A DNA stretch of 25,272 nt, taken from positions 1 through 25,272 of the IMG/VR virus record IMGVR_UViG_3300002307_000214. The stretch is one strand, 5' to 3'. Numbering within the stretch: the first letter of the stretch is position 1; each line of letters begins with the position of its first letter. Of this stretch, positions 1 through 9,200 are shown piece after piece. The notes below the pieces were generated by a model. The model was not told the DNA's origin, ran no database searches, and worked only from the letters and a program-made list of their open reading frames with translations. Source of the DNA: a virus. Lineage: Duplodnaviria > Caudoviricetes. Made by a program: the position numbers and the translations under genes.

Positions 1-1058
1 AACAGTCGAGTTGTGCCAGTTAACAATCCACCTGCACCACCGCCGCCCGATCCGCCACCTGCACCACCAGCAACAACTAGATATGTGGCGTCGTAGCCCA
101 CTGGGTTAGAAGAAGCAAGAACCGGAGTTCCCCATGTATTAGTTAGGTAAGTCGATGAGGGCTGCACAGCAGTAATGGTACTTGTTGTAGTACCATCAAC
201 TGGCTCAAAGTTTCCATCAACACCGCTTGTTGCGTTTTGATAAAGTACAGTAATTGTTATAACTGTAGCCGATCCTGCTGCTGCATCAGCTTTAATATTA
301 ATACTAACATAATCGGTTGTATAAAGATATGTTGAATCAAATTGTTTGAATACTTCTTGATTGCTGGTAGTTAAATCGTAAAATCCAGTTCCAGTTAAAA
401 GAGTTGTCGGAGATCCAGATCCGCCAGTTTTAGTAGTACCTGTATAGCTTGTACCTGCAATGACTTGAGTACTAGTGCCAGTTGTTGTGTTTATTGTTCC
501 GCATGCTGTTAATAATGCAGTCCAGCCTGTATTTTTAGAATTAGACGAACCACCTGAACGTGCACCTGACCAAGTAATAATACCGCCGGCATTAAAGAAA
601 TAACGTGCTGCGTTAGCACTAGCAAAAGTGATAGTATGTACACTAGTAAGCGAGTTTAACCAAGTATTTGAATACGTAGCTACACCACCAGAAGTAATAG
701 TTGAACCTACAGCAGTAGCATTGTTACGGTTAGTAAAACAGCTTGACAAGTTAGTTGAGAAATTACTCTTAACGGCAATTGTATCGCCTGCTGTTGGATT
801 GGTTATAGCGGTTACTGTTGTGTTAGTCTGACTGGCAATAGTAGTAAATCTTGAAAACAATGTTGACCACTGGGTCGCTGTAACAGTAGAGCCAGTTGAC
901 ACAGTTGATACTGGGCTACTTTGTCCCCAACCTGCGTCAAGAGTTCCTGTTCCCCAGATAGTGTTAACGTTGGCAACAGCATCGTTTGGTGAGGCACCGC
1001 CTTGAACAAAAGTATTATAGTCTGTTGCTTGTATAACTTGGCCGGCTGTATAAGTCAT
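1..1058 (-). CDS. Virion structural / tail-fibre-associated protein, >=352 aa, 3' end outside the window; enters a glycine-rich domain
   Basis: Not in the ORF track because it has no stop in the window. Hand translation from ATG 1058-1056 is open to the edge: MTYTAGQVIQATDYNTFVQGG...TVTATQWSTL...TITFASANAARYFFNAGGIITW...YLTNTWGTPVLASSNPVGYDATYLVVAGGAGGGSGGGGAGGLLTGTTRL. It is Thr/Ser/Gly-rich like its neighbours, starts 17 nt after the upstream stop, and has GGAAATAA upstream. Confidence 0.9.
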   Translation of the reverse strand, partial: MTYTAGQVIQATDYNTFVQGGASPNDAVANVNTIWGTGTLDAGWGQSSPVSTVSTGSTVTATQWSTLFSRFTTIASQTNTTVTAITNPTAGDTIAVKSNFSTNLSSCFTNRNNATAVGSTITSGGVATYSNTWLNSLTSVHTITFASANAARYFFNAGGIITWSGARSGGSSNSKNTGWTALLTACGTINTTTGTSTQVIAGTSYTGTTKTGGSGSPTTLLTGTGFYDLTTSNQEVFKQFDSTYLYTTDYVSINIKADAAAGSATVITITVLYQNATSGVDGNFEPVDGTTTSTITAVQPSSTYLTNTWGTPVLASSNPVGYDATYLVVAGGAGGGSGGGGAGGLLTGTTRL

Positions 1059-1075
1059 GTGGTTATTTCCAAAAA

Positions 1076-2428
1076 TTAATTAATTGTAACAATAGCTTCA
1101 ATAACGCCAACGTCACTGCTTTCTTTGTTCTCTAGAGATCTTCCGATTACATTAAATGCAGTTGCTTCGCCTGCTTGTGCTGCACGAGCTAGGCCGTTAC
1201 CTGCTGCAACTAATCGATCACCTTTCTTAATTGAACCTAAAACTCTAACTGGTACACGACCTGTCATTGCAATTGGTGGGTGAGTTGAATCAGAACCTGC
1301 TCCTGCGTTCATAAGATATGCTGCTCGAGTACTTATGACGCCAAACACGTTTTCACTTAATTCTTCAACGCAATTTGTGATTTCTGCGGTGCCGCCAAGT
1401 TCAACAACAGTTCCTGGCAACATTTCTATGTCCGAAGCAAATCGTTCTGCAACGTCGGCATATAGTGCTGTAGTTGCTGTGGCAAATACTGTATTGAAAT
1501 AGCTGCTTGAGCTACCAATGTTACCAATTGCATTGCCGTTTAGGTTAGTAATACCAACAACACCAACTTGAGCGTTAGTACCATTGATATTAAGTGCAGT
1601 AGTCGCTGTACCAGCAACGTTTACACGCACTAACAAGTTGGCATTAGATGTTTGATTTTGAATTGTAACGTTGCCAGAGCTGACAGAAATCTTAGCATCT
1701 GAGTTAGCACCAACTGTTAGGCCTGTATCATTTAATACTCCTAATGTACCAGTTGTGCTGGTGTTGGTATCAGAACGCATAAACTCAGAACTTGTCAATC
1801 CGTTAAGCAATGTAGAATTAGATGCAGTTCCAACAAATGCAGCATTAGTAACTGTTGAGCTTAACTGAACACCAGGGCTAATTGTTGCAAATCCAGATAT
1901 TGCAATTTGCGGAGTAAATGTAGGATCTTTTGATACAATAGCAACAATTACGTTATTAACGTACATTTTGATAACGATGTGACTAACGCTTACGTTGTCA
2001 ACAACCGTATCAACAATTGCTCCGGATGTTCCCTGACCAGCAGTTGATGCTGGGCCAATTAGAACAAATGCAGAACCGTTCCAGGCTTTCAATTGCTGGT
2101 TAGTTGTATCCCACCACAGGTCGCCGGTTACGTTGCTGGTAGGAGCGGATGAACTTGCAGTAGCTGAACTAATGGTCTTAAATGTTGTACCATTATAAGC
2201 CTTCATAGTGTTACTAGAAGTATCCCACCATAGCTGACCTGTTAGAGGTGCTCCAGGTGGTGTGCTGTTAGCACCGTTTTCTAGCAAGTGAATAAAATTC
2301 TCGTCTAGAAATGCACCGTAGCCAGCATAGTTTTTACCTACCAATACCATGCTAGAACTAGTGTTGATGGTACCGTCTGCTACTGTAGCAAATATGGTGC
2401 CATTTGTTAAGTTAATTGTATATGCCAT
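1076..2428 (-). CDS. Tail fibre/spike-like structural protein (450 aa) with N-terminal baseplate-attachment region and C-terminal putative intramolecular chaperone (Peptidase_G2-like) domain
   Basis: N-terminal LVGKNYAGYG..LDENFIHLLEN plus two G[QD]LWWDT repeats, then a T/S/N/G-rich beta-type middle. The C-terminal domain starts at YADVAERF (residue 323) and contains GVIS, GRVPVRV, IKKGDRLV and IGRSLE. SD-like GGAG and AAGGG lie upstream. Confidence 0.8.
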   Translation of the reverse strand: MAYTINLTNGTIFATVADGTINTSSSMVLVGKNYAGYGAFLDENFIHLLENGANSTPPGAPLTGQLWWDTSSNTMKAYNGTTFKTISSATASSSAPTSNVTGDLWWDTTNQQLKAWNGSAFVLIGPASTAGQGTSGAIVDTVVDNVSVSHIVIKMYVNNVIVAIVSKDPTFTPQIAISGFATISPGVQLSSTVTNAAFVGTASNSTLLNGLTSSEFMRSDTNTSTTGTLGVLNDTGLTVGANSDAKISVSSGNVTIQNQTSNANLLVRVNVAGTATTALNINGTNAQVGVVGITNLNGNAIGNIGSSSSYFNTVFATATTALYADVAERFASDIEMLPGTVVELGGTAEITNCVEELSENVFGVISTRAAYLMNAGAGSDSTHPPIAMTGRVPVRVLGSIKKGDRLVAAGNGLARAAQAGEATAFNVIGRSLENKESSDVGVIEAIVTIN

Positions 2429-2448
2429 TTTCCCTTTACTCCATCCTG

Positions 2449-2484
2449 TTCGTATTTATGGTAGGATTTATAGTGATATTTATG
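2449..2484 (-). promoter_or_regulatory. Triple tandem T4-like late promoter boxes (12-bp period)
   Basis: Minus strand reads CATAAATATCAC-TATAAATCCTAC-CATAAATACGAA directly upstream of the RBS of the 450-aa gene. The T4 late consensus is TATAAATA. Confidence 0.7.
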
Positions 2485-3085
2485 CCGTGCTCAGATTGGT
2501 TAAAGTCTGTATACGCACGGTATAATCGATTTGGATTTGTCGATTTAAGCTCTTTTGCACTGGATGAAAGATGACATGAGTCAGCAACATTAAGTCGCTA
2601 GCTGATCCTTCCCATGCTTTAAGGCCTAATTCGTCGAATACGTAATCGCCGTTAAAATTAGTACTATTGTCAAATGCCTGCTGACCCGGCGGTTCGCCGT
2701 AATCTAATAGGCAAGTGACCAATATATCTGTATATGCTTGTCCGCTAGTATGCAAGACTGTAAGATTATTATTAGTAGGATCAGTGTCAGATGCAGAATA
2801 CTGATCAACTACTTTAATATAAGTTTGGTTATACAGATCTGCATTTGCACCAGTTACATTAGGTGGCAAATAGGTAATAACACCTGTAGGGTCTACGCTG
2901 CTGCCACCGTTACCAAATGCCATTGCATAGATATAGCCAATGCTGTTATCAGCTAAACTTTGTGCTAACGCAATACTCATATTTTCATAATGAATAGCGT
3001 TCTTTTTGTCTACAAAAATTTCGCCGTTGTTGGGATCGTGAATTTTCAAAAATCCCTGGACTGAAATTGGGATCATTAAACTCAT
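2480..3085 (-). CDS. Baseplate / tail-fibre attachment protein (201 aa), resembles a stand-alone tail-collar fibre N-terminal (DUF3751-like) domain
   Basis: The motif series YAMAFGNGG ... LYNQTY ... FDELGL ... LLTHVIFHPVQKSLNRQIQIDYTVRI parallels the A.GDG / REVGL / K....I.Y pattern of myophage fibre-proximal domains. GGAG SD is 8 nt upstream of the ATG, and the gene lies between wedge and fibre genes. The function is an inference. Confidence 0.7.
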   Translation of the reverse strand: MSLMIPISVQGFLKIHDPNNGEIFVDKKNAIHYENMSIALAQSLADNSIGYIYAMAFGNGGSSVDPTGVITYLPPNVTGANADLYNQTYIKVVDQYSASDTDPTNNNLTVLHTSGQAYTDILVTCLLDYGEPPGQQAFDNSTNFNGDYVFDELGLKAWEGSASDLMLLTHVIFHPVQKSLNRQIQIDYTVRIQTLTNLSTA

Positions 3086-3234
3086 GCCCGCTTCTCCACA
3101 AATACTTCTTTGGTTACTGGATCAAAAATCTTTACATGTGCATCGACCTTAATTGAGCCAGATTCATTAGGCTTTTTAGGCACCGATGCTACCGGTATCG
3201 AGTCGTTCCTTGTATTATTAGATTTTACATTCAT
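3082..3234 (-). CDS. Small (50 aa; 55 aa if started at ATG 3249) probable virion/baseplate protein, paralogous to the N-terminus of the 201-aa protein
   Basis: Below the ORF-track cut-off. Hand translation: MNVKSNNTRNDSIPVASVPKKPNESGSIKVDAHVKIFDPVTKEVFVEKRA*. It fills the gap between two genes, its TGA overlaps the next ATG (ATGA), and TAAATA lies 5 nt upstream of ATG 3234. Confidence 0.8.
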   Translation of the reverse strand: MNVKSNNTRNDSIPVASVPKKPNESGSIKVDAHVKIFDPVTKEVFVEKRA

Positions 3235-3239
3235 GTCAT

Positions 3240-3246
3240 TATTTAC
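3240..3246 (-). promoter_or_regulatory. Putative late promoter core GTAAATA
   Basis: GGTAAATA-ATGAC-ATG immediately after the stop of the 4652-aa gene. The 5-nt spacing to ATG is the same as at 21102. Confidence 0.5.
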
Positions 3247-3251
3247 CATGT

Positions 3252-6200
3252 CTAGCTACCACGAATAAACCTTGCTGCCAGTGTCGTTTGTTCTTGTAAA
3301 GGAACGCCGTCACTAGCGGTACCGCTGCCAGGGTTATACCAACTTAGTCCTTTTTCTACTAGGATTGTAACTTGATAATTTTCAGTAGGTGCTGTATCAA
3401 ATGTAACAACTACAGGATCAGTAGCACTTACTGTATATCCAGAAGTTTGCAATGTTCCGCCAACGTATACCAAAACTGCGGTATCTGGCCCAGACGGAAC
3501 AGTAACATTTGTAGTTGTAAACACTACGTCTGTGCCGTTGGCTAGGAAATTCTCAAAGTTTGCATAGTTTTGATACTCAACTGGCAATACATTACCAATG
3601 CCAATGTCGTAAATCTCGGAGCCTGTATCGTGCGAAGCAGCACCAGTTCCTGCAGTTCCTCGACGTAATCCGCTTACAGTATTATCAACTGTGTTTCTTT
3701 CTCTGTAGGCAATGCGTTCTCCGTTGATTGTTATCAATCCAAAGATACCGTGTACTAGATCTGGCTCGCTTAATGCATTCGCATCAGCCACATAGATGAC
3801 ATCATCAGTCGGTGACAGAGACTGAGTTAACGTTGTAGTAGTTGCAGGAGTCATGCGATATGTTGTTTGTGCTCCACGCATGTCTTGGAATATACGGAAC
3901 TCCATTGCTTCAGGAACAACACTTTGAGTCATCACTGTAACAACAATGCATACAGCAGCGTCAATAATTGGTCCAAGAATGGTCAATGTAGATCCGCTGA
4001 CTGTAAATCCTATGTCATTAAACAACGCAAGCCCGTCCATTGTTACTGATAGGCTTGATGGATTTATAATTTCACGGCCTAAGTCAAAGTTGTTTGATGT
4101 AATAACACCGCCGCCACCATAAGAAAAACTACCCAACTCGCCAGTTACGTTGCCTTCGTCAAAATTAGTATCGTCGTAACCTTGTGTAACTTCAACACCA
4201 GTTGTGGTTGGTCCAACAAATACTTCGGTTATTAAACGTTGCTCAGCAGTATCATTCCATGTTGTGACGGAAATAATATCGCCAATACCAGGATGTAAGG
4301 ATCCACCGCTGTTCCATACTATTGTATCAGCTTCAATATAGTATTGAGCAGCAGTTCTGACAGAAATTAGTATACGTGCAGCAAGTGCAGGTGCAGTAGC
4401 AAATGTAATTGTTCTTGCGGCACTTACAGTATCCCATGCATCTAATGTAAAATCAACTCCGTAAATTAAAGCTTGGTTATCTATATAAACAGATACATCA
4501 TTGTTAGAAACAAGAGCCGGGCTATAACCACCATTGGCAGGTAAGCTGTATACTGTAGTTACATCGTCACCTATGTACTCAATACCTTCGCTTGGTCTTG
4601 CACGTACACCGTTTTGTTCCACAATAATGTTAGCAGGATTGGTACCTTCTAAACTATTAGTTAATGTATATGTGTCGGAACCGTCATACACGATGTACTG
4701 TGTCAGTGGTAAGCTCCAAGAGTAAGTTGTTCCTGTTGCAGCATAGCCAAGTGCAGTAATTGCAATATAGTCGTTAATACCGTAGGTATCGCCAAATGTT
4801 ATTTCAGACGTTGTAACACTTGCTGCAGAAAGATCAAAGTCAGTTGTTTGTGTACCATTAACAAATACCACCATCTCACTGATTAAGCTGTAGGCAATAG
4901 GTACTATTATGCTGTTACCAACATCCGCACCGTTGTAGCTATTAATGTACATTTGATTGCCGCCGCCTAGACCGTAAGCAGTAATAACCAGTACATCACT
5001 ATTTGTTGCACCTGAATTTATAGTGATAGTCTGTGCTACCCAGTCAACTGAGTAGTGAACTATAGCATCTAATTGAACTCGATTAGTTTGGTTCCATACA
5101 CGTACTGCAAATGGATGATCAATAACTCCTGCAAAACTGTAATCAGTTGTGCCCGAATTGTATGCGTACTTGATGCTTGACAACGGGAATCCATGTCCCA
5201 GGCCTTGCCAATCAGCACCAGGCGTAGTATACACTCGCATATCTAGTGTATCAAATATAGCACCAGGAACTAATTCTTCAGGTGCATGACTTGAATAGGT
5301 GTCAACAAACGCACCACCGTCAATATTAATAGCAGTTGGGCCTACACCCAAGTAAGGATCCAAGAAACTACTTTCGAAGATTGTATCTAATATAGCAGGA
5401 TCGTATGTTACACTACCATCAGCATCGTAAGAAATATTATCAAACGGATTAATGTCATAGTTGCCCACGTCAAATCCTGTATTTTGATTAAAGCTTGGTG
5501 CTTGCACTTGTACACCAGGATAATCAATTCCGGAAATAAGCTGTGCAAGATCTAATCCAGGCTGATCCGGAGTAGGAGCATAGTATCCTTGTGTACGGTT
5601 TACACCAGACAATGTGCTGGCTGGTACAACGGTCCATTGATCAGTATCAAATGCTGTGCTATTGACATCAGTAATTGCACTCCATACTGTGTCTGCATAG
5701 CGAACTTGCGTTCCAGTTACGTAAGTTACATTAGCTTGCCATTCAACAATATTGCTTGAGTATTCGTAACGATCGTATTTGATAGTAGTCTTAAATTCAC
5801 GTACCAGACCATTGCCCATTACAGCTACAGCAATAGCACCAGTACCATTGCCACCTTCAAATACAATTTGTGCTGTTGTACTATATCCTTCACCAGGATC
5901 ATCAACAGTGATACGTATAACATTGCCAGCACTATTAACAATAGCAGTCATTACAGCTGGACGAATAGCAGTACCAACTACAGTAATAGTAGGAGCTACT
6001 GTGTATCCTTCACCGCCGCTGACAATACTAACTGAATTGATACTTAATAGATAATTTTGATACCATTGATTCCACGGCACAGTTTGCCAGACAGTACTGG
6101 TACTTGGTACACTACTTGTGGTACTTAATGTGCCAGTATCATCTAATACTGGGCTGATGTACATGCTTTCTGCCGAATCGTAGTAAGCAGGTAAGTCAAA

Positions 6201-9200
6201 ATCAGTTAATGTGCCAAGATAGCTGTCAATGCCGTTGTATATCAAATTAAACTGACGGAATTGTACATGGTATGGTTTGACTTCGTTGATATAGTTAAGA
6301 ACAAAGTCTTGATTATCCTTACGGTAAATTGGGTAAGGTAATAGTTGTCTAATAGTATGATCAACGTCAATTAGACTGGTCTTTGACAACCATGTTGGGG
6401 CCTGTTGCTCGCTTAGAATGTAATTAAACATCAAGATCAAATTGTTGTTACGCTCAATTAACAAGTCGCCAACAAACAATTCTTCGTTGATGGCTTGAAT
6501 AATCTTTCTAGTTTCAGTGATTGGTGCTTGGTCGTAAAACTGTGCATCAAATACTTCGCTGTCAAATCCAAAGCTACCTACAGCATAATCCCACAGTACT
6601 TTAGAAAATTCGATAGTACCATTTTCTAATGCAACTCGAGTCCAGGCAGTTGTTGTACTGTTGTACTGATATAATTCCCAGAACCCTTTGCTGTTGGCAG
6701 AAACTTTAACCACAGTTGTGTTGGCAACAGACAAGGTAGCCAGAATCGAATAATCAGCTACAGTTTGTGCAACTGGAGTCGCCCGATTGTACCCAGGCTG
6801 GTACCAGTTAATGTAATTCCAGTACAGATGTGTGTCGTAACTTTGAACACGCATCAGTACCAGTTCTTTAGCACCTAATAGGTCCGCAGGCGATACTTGA
6901 TATATTGTCCAAATACCATTGTAATTGCTGTCACTTAGAACCAGATAAGTGTATCCAAACGGGACACTGGCTAGATTTTGATAGCTTAGTTCTTCAATGT
7001 TAGCAACTTCTTTATCCCATGCACCAGAGCCTATAGACGGCACAGGTTCGCGGCTGTTTAACAAGTTAAACGAACGTGTTTCGCTAATAGGGAACTGTGC
7101 TAGTACAGTATTTGCTCGTACCAGATAATTCTGTAGTGCTGCAAATCTATTAACAAACATACTTTGGCGAGGACGGAACTCAACACCAAATTGTTCGCCA
7201 ATATTTAAGTGAGGATCAGGAACTGAATTACCCAAAGGATCAGCACCACAGAAACTGTCTTGCAATTTCAAGTACAATTGATCAGTTAAGAATCCGTCGG
7301 GACGACCTTGCGGTACAAGTTGATATTCAACGTGTACGGCTCCGTCATTGGCAACCTGATTATATCCAACGTATAATATAGTGTCTTGTGCCGATACGTA
7401 ATTAACACCGTTATAAATTGCCACTGTGCTAGCGTTAATTGGTGCAATATAACTAATTCCGCTGCTAACAGGCGACTCAATATACTGTGCAATTACTGTT
7501 GAGCTTAAAGTTTTTTGTGCATTTTGACTTACAGTATTAATTCCGATTACCCAGAAATAATATTCAAGACCAATAACACCTTGAAGATTCAAGCTGCTGG
7601 AAACTACATAACTTGTAGTGTCGTAAGGTGTGCCAGGGCCTGTGTATTGTGCAGGCGGTACACTACTGCTTACCCATTGATAAACGTCTACGGTACTGCC
7701 TGGGAACAATTGTCCCCAGCGGCGTAACGCATATTCTACGTCATTTTGATTTGGATCAACAAAACGTGCGTTTGATGTGTTCCACCAAATACGTCCTACA
7801 TGATCAGCACGCCATGCATTGCCGTAATTGTTTCTATTACCTGTATTGTAAGCAGCAGGATCAACTGAACCAATATAGTCTATATTTTGTGCAACAATAC
7901 CTAATAGTCGTCCCTGCAGAGGATCAAAGTAATCAAAGTAATCTCTTGCACCGCCTGTTACACGATTGTACATGTATACTGTGCTTAATAGACTGACATC
8001 AACTACTGGTGTTTGTTCACGTATAGTTGCCCAGGCTGGTAAATTTTGTGTATTACGATAACGAGTAACCCAACCATTTTGAATACTTGTTGGATCAACT
8101 ATACCACGATCATCTGCTACTACTGTTTTATTTGGGCTACCAATTAATAATGTACCAGTTGTGAAATCAATTGCAGTACCCCAACCAGCTAGTGTCTCTG
8201 CTTGATCATCGTAAAGCTGTTGTCCAAACACAAATTGTGGAGGATTGTATATAGATGAATTAACTGAAGGCAATTGATCATATGTGTAAACAACACCACT
8301 TTGTGGCACAGTATCGTAAAATTTAATACTGTTAGCATCAAATGTAGTTGTGTTATGATCAAATGTCATAAACTCAATTGCAGTACCGTTTGGTGCACCA
8401 ACTGACAGCGTAGTTGCATTAGTACTGATGTAAACTTCTTTACCAAAATTAGCAAAAGACTGCTCAACAGGGGAAACAACGACTTGCATTGACAAGTAAA
8501 CAGTGATCCCAATGTCGTCAAATACGGTACCAACCGCAGGTAAGACTTGAATTTTATTATTGCGTAGTGCGGCAGATTGATTGATAACAGAAATCGTCAA
8601 CTGTCCAGATACCACAGTGATAATGCTGTTGATCAACGGAGCAACGGTAAATGTAATTTGTTCCGTACTGTTATTGTACGTGTAGTCAACACTTAGAGTT
8701 TGTGTAATGCTGTCGACTAGAACCACTGGAGTGTAGGCACTAGCAGCAGAATAAATGCTGCCAATATCAAATATTCTAGTAGAACCGTCTGCGTACAATT
8801 CTAAGTCAGCTGTAACTGCGGCTTGTATATTAGGTAGGCCTGCTGCATTAATAGATGCAGCTAAATCGTTAACAGTAGTACCGCCGACTTGAACAAAGTA
8901 TCCGCTGATGCTTAGATAATCGGTGGACGTCAGAGTTGGATTAGCTACAGTAGTAGTCAACAGACCAAATCCTCGGCCTTGGTTCATACAAAACTCAACT
9001 TGTCCAGACTGTATAATACTTGGATTTGTTGGGCTGTTTGCGTATGGTGCACCAATGTACAAGCTGCAATTTTGTGGACATTCGTCCACGTTCCATCCAA
9101 ACTTAGCATTAGCAGCAGGTGTTTGTGCTCTGAGTTTTTGTACTTGGCTAAACGTGTTAGTTTCTACAGTAAGTGTATCACCTACTGTTAAAGTAACTGT

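Noticed and set aside
1071-1086. AATTAATTAATT palindrome at the end of the 450-aa gene as a terminator
   Set aside because: It is a pure A/T self-complementary run produced by the Ile-Asn-stop codons, with no GC stem, so it is not a credible intrinsic terminator.
3082-3100. Programmed frameshift fusing the micro-ORF to the 201-aa protein
   Set aside because: There is no slippery heptamer near the junction. A good GGAG SD and the ATGA overlap explain it as translational coupling.
3243-3254. Stop-codon reassignment or read-through at the TAG ending the giant gene
   Set aside because: Read-through would add only two more codons (ACA TGG) before TAA. Multi-kilobase ORFs are intact under the standard code, and TAA, TAG and TGA all terminate genes sensibly.
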